Positions 1-9,681 of a stretch of DNA of 64,000 nt are shown here, one piece after another (the stretch's first letter is position 1; the number at the start of each line of letters is the position of its first letter). A program made the position numbers and the translations under genes. Below the pieces are notes generated by a model that saw only the letters and a list, made by a program, of their open reading frames with translations, ran no database searches and had not been told where the DNA came from. This DNA comes from Heteronotia binoei (Eukaryota): contig NC_083236.1 of NCBI RefSeq assembly GCF_032191835.1, positions 47,182,001-47,246,000 of the forward strand. The letters run 5' to 3'.

Positions 1-53
1 GATGCACATCTATCATCTAATGCAAACCAATTTCAAAGGACAAACTGGCTTAC

Positions 54-139
54 CTTTTGACCCTTTATTGTGACATAAAGGTACACATCAAAACTCTCAT
101 CTTCAACAGCACATAACTTGGCCTCGACTTTGGCGGTTG
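54..139 (-). CDS. TDRD12: TDRD12 coding exon 6 (gene continues beyond window start)
   Basis: Minus strand: ttttag acceptor, then (G)CA ACC GCC AAA... = [29 protein letters not shown], then gtaag donor; 86 nt; phase fits exon 5; resembles human [29 protein letters not shown] as I recall it. Confidence 0.9.
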
Positions 140-779
140 CTAAAAATCATTAAAAAAAACAAATGCAGCATTAACGATCTATTTCTGTCCTTTCCTCACA
201 TTTGAGTGGTGGTTTCTCATTTAAATTCAGCAGGTAAGACATCAGCAAATAGGTTAAAACCTGTATTTCAGTATATGGTATTTTACATGATATCGAAGTA
301 ATCCAAAAGGTGTAAAAACTTGACTGATGTAGAAGAGTTTACCATGCATTCATTAGCATCATCACATCAGTTGTTCCCATTGAGCTAAAAATTAATACAT
401 TTCATTCCTGAATGTGTTAATTTCAGAGTTGTTTTAGGTATCCTTAAAAAAATCCTGCTTTCACAAATTAGTTTGTTTTCATCCACACTGAATACATAAA
501 CAGCAAATACTGTGTCCTCAGAAGGGGCTGTAGTTCACTGGTACAGCACATGGCTTACAAACATTAAAAAGTCTCAGGTTCAAACCCTAGAATCCACTGT
601 TAAAAGGACCTCTGGTGGCAAAGCTGTGAAGGCCTCTACCTGACATCTTGCAGAATTGCTATTAATTTCAACAGATGGTACTGAGCTAAAGGGAACAGTG
701 ACCTGATTCAGTATAAAGCAGTTTCATATGTTTTCATGAAAAGGCTTTGAAAATACTCAACCAGCCATAGCCAACAAGG

Positions 780-860
780 CAGGGCTTTTTTTGAGGAGGA
801 ATGCACAGGAATGCAGTTCCGGCTGGCTTGGTGTCAGGATGTGTATCCTAATATAAAAAA
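780..860. repeat. Left part of a short interspersed repeat (cagggctttttt... family) split by the DIRS insertion; continues at 6901-6976
   Basis: Uninterrupted relatives at about 9392-9566 and 19282-19470 share gcaggaactcatttgcatattag and gaaacaa(t)ggtgac segments. Confidence 0.7.
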
Positions 861-1150
861 AAACAGGTTGCTTACCTGTAACTGATGATCTTCGAGTGGT
901 CATCTGTGCAGTCACACACATGGGTCTTGCCGCAGGCAACGGATCCATACCTTGGAGCTCCAATAGCTCGCCTATAACGTCTTTTGGCGCGCTTTCCTCC
1001 CGCCCTGGGGAGCAGGCAGCGACTGCGCATGCCTGGAGCGAGGGGAGAGCGCCCATTCCACTCAGTTTCTTCCAGCCGCCACTGGCACTGAGACTACACA
1101 AGTTTAAACGAGAAGTACCAAAGGTCAGCAGCGGGGAAGGCTGGGTGGGC

Positions 1151-1245
1151 GTGTGTGACTGCACAGATGACCACTCGAAGATCATCAGTTACAGGTAAGC
1201 AACCTGTTTATCTTCTTCGTGGTCTCTGTGCAGTCCCACACATGG
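1151..1245. other. Internal complementary region (ICR) of DIRS copy A
   Basis: 1151-1209 is complementary to the element 3' terminus (861-919) and 1210-1245 to the 5' terminus (6865-6900); the seam reads aacctgttt|atcttcttcg. Confidence 0.92.
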
Positions 1246-1365
1246 ATGACTAGCCAGCTAAATGTTCTGGAGGAGGGTGCTGGTGAAAGAAAGAAGTTAG
1301 TCACATGGCCAATAACAAAAGATTATATAACATAGAGACGTAAGCGGATGCACTCACCGTTAATC

Positions 1366-3984
1366 TCAGTGAAAGATGGATCTGAGGACCGCTTGGCCGA
1401 AGGAGGCGTCACGTCTCGCACGAACGTCCAGCGCATAATGGGAGACGAACGTGGAAGGAGAGGACCACGATGCAGCAGCACAGATGTCCTCTAGGGAGAC
1501 GCCGTGCAGGAAAGCCGAAGACGTCGAGACCGCTCTAGTAGAGTGAGCCTTAAGGCCTTCGGGCAGAGGCTGTTTAGCCAGTTCGTAACACAACCTGATG
1601 GCACTAACTACCCATTTAGATAGTCTCTGGGTAGAAATTTTGTGTCCTTTGTGAGGTTTTCCGTAGGCCACAAACAGGTTAGGGTCCTTACGGAAAGGCT
1701 GTGTACGATCAAGGTAGAAAGATAAAGCCCTTCTGACATCCAGAGAATGCAGGGCTCGTTGTCCTTGGTCGGTTGGGTTGGAGAAAAAGGTTGGCAGAGA
1801 AGTTGAAGTCGATAAGTGGAACTGGGAGACGGGTGGATTGAGGTGCAACATGCCCTTGAGAAAAGACTTAGACAAGGCATGAGAGAAAACTGTTTTGCCG
1901 TCTACTGGATTGTGGAACGCAGAGATGGCAGACAGGTGAACTTTTAAGGATGAGTAGCAGAGTCCTGATTTTTGTAGAGAAAGTAAATAATCCAGGATCA
2001 TGCTAAGAGGTACGGACTCTGGATGTAGATGGTTAGCAGTCGCGAATGAACAGAAGCGCTTCCATTTATGTTGGTACGAAAGTCTTGTGGAAGGCTTTCT
2101 TGCGTTGAGAATGATGTGGGCTACCCCTGCGGAGAGGCAGGAGGGTGTATCCTCCAGGCCGTCAAGGCCAGCACCTGAGGGTTGTGATGTAATATTTGGC
2201 CATTGGCCTGGGACAGGAGGTCGCTCACGAGAGGGAGACGACGGTAAGTGCGGTGGGATAGCTGCAGAAGTCTCGTGAACCACGGTTGCCGTGGCCACCA
2301 TGGGGCCACAAGGATGCAGTCCGTGCCGTCTCGTGTGATCTTTATCAGTACCCGAGTCAGTAGAGGGGTTGGTGGAAAGAGATAGTGAAGAGGGCCTGTC
2401 CAGCTGTGTAGGAAGGCGTCGTTTCCCCTCCTGGAATAATAGCGAGGACATTTGGCATTGTCCCTGGAAGCAAAGGCGTCCACCTTGGGTGTTCCGAAAC
2501 ATCTGAAGATGCGTCGAAGGTAGGTCGGATTGATGGACCACTCGTGGTCGTCCAAGCGAAACCTGCTTAGGGAGTCGGCCAGAACATTCTCCACACCTGG
2601 GAGGTGAACGGCAGTCAAGTAAATGTTGTGTTTCAGACACCATTCCCAGAGCAGAATGGCTATACGGCACAGCCGGAGAGACCTGGTTCCTCCCTGCTTG
2701 TTTATGTAATAGACGGCTGCCATGTTGTCCGTTGAAAACTGAACATGCCGTCCGTTGATCAGTGGGAGAAACGATAGGAGGGCCCTGTGCACAGCAATCA
2801 GTTCTAAGCAGTTTATGTGCATGGCCCTCTCGGAGGGTGTCCAAAGGCCCCTGACGGTCTTGTCCTCTAAGTGGGCTCCCCATCCCCACTTTGAGGCGTC
2901 CGTTGTCACAACAGCCACCGGAGGAGTTGGGAGAAACGGCATGCCCGCGAGGAGATTGCTGGGTACAGTCCACCATGTGAGAGAAGAGAGTGCTCTCTGG
3001 GGAACAGTGAGTAAGACGCTCTGCGGTTGCAATTGAAGATGGTAGGCTCGTACAAACCAGAGCTGTAGCTGTCGCATTCGTAGCTTGGCAAAGTAGATGA
3101 CAGAAGTTGTGGCGGCCATGAGGCCCAGCAAGCGTTGGATTGTGAACGCAGACTGGCGAGGCTGTCGTTGAATCGCCCTGGCTAAGGTAATGATGGTTAT
3201 TGCTCGATCCTTGGGGAGGAAAGCACGATGGAGAGAAGTGCGAAGGAGAGCCCCTATAAACTTGATGTCCTGGGTAGGCTCGAGATGGGATTTGGATGTG
3301 TTCACACAAAGACCCAGGGAATTGAGAAGAGAGAGCGCTGTGTTGATATTGCTCTGCAATCGAGTCGGTGCTATGAAAAGCCAGTCGTCGATATATGGGA
3401 AGACTGTGATGTCCCGAATTCTGAGAGCAGCTGCCACCACCGCCATGCACTTGGTGAACACCCTTGGTGCAGTGGAGAGGCCGAACGGCAGGGATACATA
3501 TTGGAAGTGGTCCTGTCCCATGGCGAATCGCAGATACTTCCGATGTTGAGGTCGGATTGTCACATGGAAGTAAGCGTCCTGAAGATCTAGGGAAGCCATC
3601 CAGGAATTCCTGGGAATAAGAGGCAGGATGGCCTGCAGGGAGATCATTCTGAACTTCCTGTATTCGATGTACTTGTTTAGCTTCCGAAGATCTAGGATAG
3701 GGCGCTTTCCTCCATCCCTTTTGGGGACCAGGAAGTATCTTGAGTAGAATCCCGTCCCTCGGTGTTGGGGAGGAACGGGTTCTATGGCATTTTTCTGGAG
3801 CAAGTCCAGAATTTCCTGATGGAGGAGTGCAGATGGAGGGGTAGCTATGAAGTAGTGGTGGCGAGGTGGCAAAACGAACTCTATTGCGTAACCGATACGC
3901 ACGATGGTAAGAACCCAAGAGTCGGTGGTGATGGAATTCCAGCTTGGGTAAAAAGGAAGTAGTCGGGTGTGACTGTTGGGAGAG
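1366..3984 (-). CDS. DIRS copy A ORF3: tyrosine recombinase with long N-terminal frame overlapping RT; internally deleted
   Basis: KAHSTR and SHY motifs are present; the SARR..EL catalytic Arg segment is missing (LNPP joined directly to VSQFHL, about 81 aa shorter than copy D); the frame is open back to the ORF1 stop. Confidence 0.85.
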   Translation of the reverse strand, partial: LSQQSHPTTSFLPKLEFHHHRLLGSYHRAYRLRNRVRFATSPPLLHSYPSICTPPSGNSGLAPEKCHRTRSSPTPRDGILLKILPGPQKGWRKAPYPRSSEAKQVHRIQEVQNDLPAGHPASYSQEFLDGFPRSSGRLLPCDNPTSTSEVSAIRHGTGPLPICIPAVRPLHCTKGVHQVHGGGGSCSQNSGHHSLPIYRRLAFHSTDSIAEQYQHSALSSQFPGSLCEHIQIPSRAYPGHQVYRGSPSHFSPSCFPPQGSSNNHHYLSQGDSTTASPVCVHNPTLAGPHGRHNFCHLLCQATNATATALVCTSLPSSIATAERLTHCSPESTLFSHMVDCTQQSPRGHAVSPNSSGGCCDNGRLKVGMGSPLRGQDRQGPLDTLREGHAHKLLRTDCCAQGPPIVSPTDQRTACSVFNGQHGSRLLHKQAGRNQVSPAVPYSHSALGMVSETQHLLDCRSPPRCGECSGRLPKQVSLGRPRVVHQSDLPSTHLQMFRNTQGGRLCFQGQCQMSSLLFQEGKRRLPTQLDRPSSLSLSTNPSTDSGTDKDHTRRHGLHPCGPMVATATVVHETSAAIPPHLPSSPSRERPPVPGQWPNITSQPSGAGLDGLEDTPSCLSAGVAHIILNARKPSTRLSYQHKWKRFCSFATANHLHPESVPLSMILDYLLSLQKSGLCYSSLKVHLSAISAFHNPVDGKTVFSHALSKSFLKGMLHLNPPVSQFHLSTSTSLPTFFSNPTDQGQRALHSLDVRRALSFYLDRTQPFRKDPNLFVAYGKPHKGHKISTQRLSKWVVSAIRLCYELAKQPLPEGLKAHSTRAVSTSSAFLHGVSLEDICAAASWSSPSTFVSHYALDVRARRDASFGQAVLRSIFH

Positions 3985-4256
3985 TCAAAGAGACTGCTTG
4001 CTTGTCTGGGATTGTTTCTTGGAAGGTTGAGCCCGTGGCCTCTGCTGGAAAGACTGCTTTGGGAGGGGTTTCCTTTTCCAGAAATCCTGAGACTTAGGAG
4101 ACCGTTGACGGCGTTGAAAGGATGGCTTCCATGGTCTTTGCCTATTAGCGGGCAGTGAGGTTGGTTGTGTGACCCCAAGGCGTTTTGCCCTTTTGCGGCC
4201 GTCATCGACCGATGCGAGGACCTCGTCCGTGGACGCATGGAATAGTCCCAGACCAT
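2121..4256 (-). CDS. DIRS copy A ORF2: reverse transcriptase, RNase H and Dam-like methyltransferase domain
   Basis: LDLQDAYFH, LPFGLSTAP, YIDD (RT); TDAS, LELIAV, TDN, ADSLSR (RNase H); VDAFAS...YLFPP...WPRQPW (MT-like); start codon uncertain. Confidence 0.92.
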   Translation of the reverse strand: MVWDYSMRPRTRSSHRSMTAAKGQNALGSHNQPHCPLIGKDHGSHPFNAVNGLLSLRISGKGNPSQSSLSSRGHGLNLPRNNPRQASSLFDSPNSHTRLLPFYPSWNSITTDSWVLTIVRIGYAIEFVLPPRHHYFIATPPSALLHQEILDLLQKNAIEPVPPQHRGTGFYSRYFLVPKRDGGKRPILDLRKLNKYIEYRKFRMISLQAILPLIPRNSWMASLDLQDAYFHVTIRPQHRKYLRFAMGQDHFQYVSLPFGLSTAPRVFTKCMAVVAAALRIRDITVFPYIDDWLFIAPTRLQSNINTALSLLNSLGLCVNTSKSHLEPTQDIKFIGALLRTSLHRAFLPKDRAITIITLARAIQRQPRQSAFTIQRLLGLMAATTSVIYFAKLRMRQLQLWFVRAYHLQLQPQSVLLTVPQRALSSLTWWTVPSNLLAGMPFLPTPPVAVVTTDASKWGWGAHLEDKTVRGLWTPSERAMHINCLELIAVHRALLSFLPLINGRHVQFSTDNMAAVYYINKQGGTRSLRLCRIAILLWEWCLKHNIYLTAVHLPGVENVLADSLSRFRLDDHEWSINPTYLRRIFRCFGTPKVDAFASRDNAKCPRYYSRRGNDAFLHSWTGPLHYLFPPTPLLTRVLIKITRDGTDCILVAPWWPRQPWFTRLLQLSHRTYRRLPLVSDLLSQANGQILHHNPQVLALTAWRIHPPASPQG

Positions 4257-6476
4257 CGAAAGGAAGGTCTTCTATGCGCTGCTTGATGTCTGGCTGTAAG
4301 TTCGTTGAGCGCAGCCAGGCGTGGCGACGTAGGGCCACAGAAGTAGCGAAGACTCGGGAGGAACAGGAAACCGCATGGCGGATAGAATTTATTTGTTGTT
4401 TTGAGACACGGGAGAGCTCAGAGACGAGAGCCGATACAGCCTTCTGAGATGAGTCAGGCATGGATGTAAGGTGTGGAGTGATCTGGTTCGCCAAGTTGAA
4501 GGAGTATGCCGCAAAATAGGCTAAGTAATTGTTCAACTTAGAGTTGGTTGAAGAGAAGCTATAAATCTTCTTAGCTAAAGTGTCCAGTTTCCTGCCCTCG
4601 CGGTCCGGTGGAACGGGGTGGCGAGATTGTTTATTCTTGTGGCGGAATGGACAACAATAGAGTTGGGTGCCGGGTGGGAGGCGAGGAATTTGCAGTCCGC
4701 GGCGTGCACCCTATAAAGAGAATCAAGGCGTCTAGAAACAGTAGGGATCGAGGCCGGCTTTTCCCAGGCTTCCCGGAGACCCTCAAGGTGAACAGGAAGC
4801 ATAGGAAGCGTAGAGCTGTCTGGGAAATCTGTGCGAACCAGGTCGTGTACCACATCGGAGACCTTAGGTGAATCAGAGGACATGGGAATGTTCAGTGTGG
4901 AGGCCATTGTGGTGATCAGATTGAGATAAGCCTTGGAGCTGTCAGATGGTGAGAGCCTAGGAGGTTGGTCCGATGAAGGCGAGGCTGGGGCCTCGTCGGA
5001 GTCAGAGTGGTCAGATGTATCTCTGTCTGAAGCCGAGACCGGGTGCTGAGGTGACTTGAGGTCGACCGGTGAAGGGTCGCGAGGACGTTTAACCGGCGAA
5101 GTAGGTGGTTTCGATACCGTTGCGGACGGTGTCTTGGAAGTATCCCGGTTCCGAGAAAGGACAGGAGACTGAACAACATCGCGGGACCGATGGGTAACTG
5201 TATGTGAGTCGAAATCATCTCGGGTCCGAGGAGCTGCTCTGTCCCGAGAACAGTAGTAGTGGTGCTGATAATCACCGTAGCAACTGGGAGACAGGTGGCG
5301 GTAGTAAGGGGATCGCTGGTCGCGTGAACGGTAGTAGTCACGGGATCCAGGAGAATAGCACTCTCGGAGTCGAGGCATGTAGACATCTCTGGAGAGAGGC
5401 TCGGGTTCGAAGTCGGAGAGGTGCTTATAACTGTGCACCGATGGTGAACGCAGGTACCGATGGTAACGTGTGCGTGGTCGAGGGGACGGGGACCGGGATG
5501 GAGAGCGGTCCCGTCGATAGACCCGGTGGTAGTCACGGTATGGAGACTGGTCACGTCGATGGTCACGATGGTAATCTCGATGCGGAGACGGAGAGTTGAG
5601 GCGATCTCGGACCGGAGATCGTAGACGGAGCGGAGACCGCGAGCGAGAGCGTGGCCGTGGAGATCGAGAGCGGAGTCGCTGAGACGAGACCTGGGTAGAA
5701 GACTCCTTAAGTAATGGAGTTGTAATGTCGAGGAAGGATTCAGGTCGGAGAGTTGGAGGATCCGACTCGAGAATATCCGCAGGAAGGAGGCTATGTACCG
5801 AGGGCGATCTGGAGCCAATCGGGATAACTTCGATGGAATGCTGAGTGATGTGAGGCATTTCTGAGATGACATCGGAAGGAGCCGAGAGTTCGGGTGGTAA
5901 GATCGGATTCGAGTGAGAAGTCACAGTAGAACCCGATTGCGCAGAAGCCGATTGCGCAGCCGTCGCAAAGGCGGAAGTGCTGGAAACCGACGGGTCGCGG
6001 CGCTCACGCACGGACGCGATGGCGGAGCTGGAAGCCGACGGGTCGTGGTGCTTCTTAGGCGCCGAGGTGGTCGGACTGCAAGTTTCCGGACTTGAGAGGT
6101 GCAACTTAGACAGACTCGAGTCCCCGTGACGGGCCTTCTTAGGCGTCTTATGTCCCTCAGAGTGCTTAGAAGCCTTTTTATCGGACTTATGCTTCCTGGG
6201 TGCGACAGGTAGGGCCGAAGCAGCCGAATCTCCCGCTCTTAGTGGGGGAGGCGGCGGAGCTGAGGTGGACATTGCGCGAAGAGAGGACTCCATGAGGAAA
6301 CTACGAAGACGGGCTGCTCTGTTTTTCCGCGCCTGCTTACCGAAGCAAGCGCAGTGAGGGCAGGTGTCGACTCTGTGAGATTCCCCCAGGCAGAATAGGC
6401 AGAGAGAGTGGCCGTCGGAAGACGGGATTTTAGAAGCACACTGCCTACACCTTTTAAAGGTAATTTTCCCTTCCAT
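3985..6476 (-). CDS. DIRS copy A ORF1 (gag-like), broken by a 1-bp deletion near 4637
   Basis: ATG at 6476; N-terminal Cys/His motif; RS-rich middle; restoring one A in acaagaataaac rejoins ...SATKNKQSRHPVPPDREGRKLD... to the 3985-4536 ORF (RRHAWLR, IEDLPFDG). Confidence 0.88.
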
Positions 6477-7431
6477 CCGTTCCGGACAGGGGGAGAGGTG
6501 GAAGGGAGAGACGGGGAGTGGGGGGGTAGGGGGAAGGAGAGTAGAAAAGAAGCAAAAGCGCAGAAGCGGTTTCTTTTTTTTATATATATATATATTTTTT
6601 TAGGACGAAGGAAAGAAAGCGAACGAAGTAGAAGAAAATAGGGAGATAGTACGATACCAAGAGACGAGCCAGAGGAGGAACGCAACGAGGTAGGTGTTGT
6701 CCGGGCGGCGGAAGGGAAGAAACTGAGTGGAATGGGCGCTCTCCCCCCGCTCCAGGCATGCGCAGTCGCTGCCTGCTCCCCAGGGCGGGAGGAAAGCGCG
6801 CCAAAAGACGTTATAGGCGAGCTATTGGAGCTCCGAGGTATGGATCCGTTGCCTGCGGCAAGACCCATGTGTGGGACTGCACAGAGACCACGAAGAAGAT
6901 CAATGGTGACATCAAGGGTTTGTGGCCTAATATGCAAATGAGTTCCTGCTGGGCCTTTTCTACAAAAAAAGTCCTGCAACAAGGTATCACTGGAAAGCAT
7001 GTGGTACAAAGACTATGTGGCTAAACTGCACACAATTGAACCACTGTTTTTAAAATTCAGATTCGAAGGGTTCTCAAGTCCCTTGCTATAACTGCGACAT
7101 CAGAGTAGCAACACAGGGCAGAAACCTCTGATTTTGACACACTATCAGAGGATCTGCCATTTGCTGCAGGGTAACTATCACAGCCAGTGGGCTTTGATCC
7201 TTCCAGTTATTAATATATTACTGATTTTATAGTCTACATATATTAATTTATATCCATCAATCCTCCTTAACTGGTACCTCCATTATTACTGAATTGTAAT
7301 CATCAAATTGACTTTATACTTTGTGGGAAAAAATTATATCCTGAGTTAATAAAATTGCTTCCAAGTAATTTCTGGTCTCTCTTCTGAAAAGGGATTTTGA
7401 GTCTCCCTGCTTCAGAAACATTTGTTAGACT

Positions 7432-7705
7432 TTGTTTGGTGTAGTGGTTAAGTGTGTGGACTCTTATCTGGGAGAACTGGGTTCGATTCCCAACTCCTTC
7501 ACTTGCACCTGCTGGAATGGCCTTGGGTCAGCCATAGCTCTAGCAAAGGTTGTCCTTGAAAGGGCAGCTGCTGTGAGAGCCCTCTCAGCCTCACCCACCT
7601 CACAGGGTGTCTGTTGTGGGGGGAGAAGACATGGGAGATTATAAGCTGCTCTAAGTCTCTGATTCAGAGAGAAGGGCGGGGTATACATCTGCAATTCTTC
7701 TTCAA
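7432..7705 (+). mobile_element. tRNA-derived SINE (squamate Squam3-like)
   Basis: tRNA-like head tggtgtagtggttaag...gggttcgattccc, body cccacctcacagggtgtctgttgtgggg and ttcttc tail; a reverse copy lies at 63788-64000. Confidence 0.75.
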
Positions 7706-8005
7706 TGGAGAGTAATTGATTTATTGCTGTTTGCCTGGAGAAGCACCAAGTACAACTTGAAACCAGCACTGCTTGAATCTGTTCTGCATCTAACATATAA
7801 TGCAAGTATGTTCTCTGGCATTTTTCTTTCCCAAAATTTTTTATTCATTTTTATGTTTTGTAAGAGTTCTGGAGAACTTGAAAGCTCATACACAGTTATG
7901 TATTGTTAGGTTAAAAAGAAGACATTATGTGGATGGCATTCTAAATTTTACTTTTTAGATTCTACTTTTGGACTGGTAATAGCTATTAACAACTTATTTT
8001 CTTAC

Positions 8006-8061
8006 CATTCAGAAGGTTTTGGAAGTATTTGATAGCTGCAACATCCCACCTGTTAGCAGGG
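8006..8061 (-). CDS. TDRD12: TDRD12 coding exon 5
   Basis: ttgtag acceptor; (V)PANRWDVAAIKYFQNLLN; gtaag donor; 56 nt. Confidence 0.9.
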
Positions 8062-8953
8062 CTACAATGAAGCACATAATTATTTCTCTGTAGTCTTTTT
8101 ATCACTTAGAAGAATGCATTCAGTATTTATAAAGTGCCCCTTCACACAGTATATTTAACAGAATATAATTAGCATAATGTTGAAGGGTTGACCATTGTAT
8201 AGATAGCAAACTATGTGCAACAGGGGCCAATCATGACCATGGCAGAGAATTCTGCAAACCACAGAAAAATCTTACTCTGTAAAAACAACAAAAAGTTTGA
8301 GATAACCCCCCCCCCTCAACAAACAAACAAACATGTATCCACAATCTCTGTGCAGATATTGGTAGGAAAGAAGTTGGCTGGAAACTGGCTGACTTTTTGA
8401 GATTCCTAGTCCAAGATGCATAACAGTGGTGCTTGCCTTGAGATAAGAGAAGCAGGATCAGAAGTGGCAATTGGGCCATGTAGGAGATGGTGGTGGCAGA
8501 AAGGAGCAAAAAGCAGTGGGATGGAAGGAGACAAAGGGGGAAGCTAGTTTTTTCCTTCCCCATGCTTCCTTGAAGTCCTCACTTGTCTTACACTAACAAG
8601 GAAAATAATAAGTCTATCTCACTAAGACCTACATAAACCATGTTTACATTTTATTTTAGAAAAATGTATAGTGGCATTCTGGAAAGGAGAGAGAGAATTC
8701 TATTATTCACATTCCACTGGATAGCTATGTCAGCTCTTGCCCATAAAAACTTATGCTGCAATGTTACTTCATCTTCAAGGTGCCACAAGAGTCCTCTTTG
8801 GATTTTTCCCTACAGATTGAGAACTATTAATCAGAGAGGACCTATTTTACAGCTATTGTGAGCATTATTCAAATTGCTGTCTTGAAGCTCTAGACTACAG
8901 AAACCATAATGCTGCAAAATAACATCATATAATCCCTTACAAACTGTACTTAC

Positions 8954-9073
8954 ACAATCTCTGCATTGTTGCTACAGTAGTCGACACGTAGGGTCATTGG
9001 TTTTGTACAGTACAGCCTAAACTTCTTTGCCCTGTAAGGCAGTCTCATAAATGACTCTAAGGCGATGCAAATC
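8954..9073 (-). CDS. TDRD12: TDRD12 coding exon 4
   Basis: tttcaag acceptor; [40 protein letters not shown]; gtaagt donor; 120 nt. Confidence 0.93.
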
Positions 9074-9391
9074 CTTGAAAACAGGCATATTTCAGAACAC
9101 AGCATTATTAAGCCTTGCCAAACGAGCCCCTTTTTAAAAACTGAATATTTCATACAAAGGGGGGAGGGGGAAGAATTATACACAAATCCTCAACTTATTT
9201 GCTCCCTCAACAGCTGTGTGATTTAGGTGCTGTTATTCCTCTTTCCTAAAATGGGGCCAAGATGATGATTCGCTCAAGATAATTCAGCAAATTCAACTAA
9301 AACTTTAATCCAGGTGTTTCCAGTTCCACCTATATGAGTTCCAACATCTAGACTGCAATGACTGAGAATGTTGATGGGGGATAAGGCTAAC

Positions 9392-9566
9392 CAGGGCTTT
9401 TTTTGAGAAGAAGTGCAGTGTCAGGGGGTGTGGCATACTATGCAAATGAGTTCCTGCTGGGCTTTTTCTACAAAAAAGCCCTGTGTGAAACAAGAGTGAC
9501 TTCAGGGGGTGTTACCTACTATGCAAATAAGTTCCTGCTGAACTTTTTCTTCAAAAAAAACCCTGA
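9392..9566. repeat. Short interspersed repeat (cagggctttttt...gcccTG family)
   Basis: Two internal copies of atgcaaat(g/a)agttcctgctg; same family as the repeat that hosts DIRS copy A. Confidence 0.6.
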
Positions 9567-9681
9567 GGCTAACACTAATATTCTTCTTTTAGACCTCAAA
9601 GGTCTTGTTAAGTTTTAGGCCACAATAAGCACACTGTACAGAGACACCGTCCTCAGACTTTACGCAATGTCCATGACATAC

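Larger units (their letters stand above)
861..6900 (-). mobile_element. DIRS1-like tyrosine-recombinase retrotransposon, near full length (copy A), in TDRD12 intron 5, sense orientation
   Basis: Inverted terminal repeats at about 861-1085 and 6700-6900; ICR at 1151-1245; ORF1, RT/RNaseH/MT and YR ORFs; no target site duplication. Confidence 0.95.

Noticed and set aside
757-1198. ORFs of 100-142 aa over the DIRS termini (also 6239-7024, 49855-50052 and 55115-55804)
   Set aside because: They use non-ATG starts or cross element boundaries, and recur only because the ITR/ICR sequence is repeated.
4916-5872. 318-aa alternative-frame ORF inside copy A ORF1, and the 255-aa antisense ORF 50133-50900 in copy D
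   Set aside because: Expected in GC-rich low-complexity coding sequence and not shared between copies.
861-6900. Prophage or bacterial integrative element (tyrosine recombinase plus Dam-like domain)
   Set aside because: RT/RNase H, ITRs and an ICR define a eukaryotic DIRS retrotransposon, and it lies in a spliceosomal intron of a vertebrate gene.
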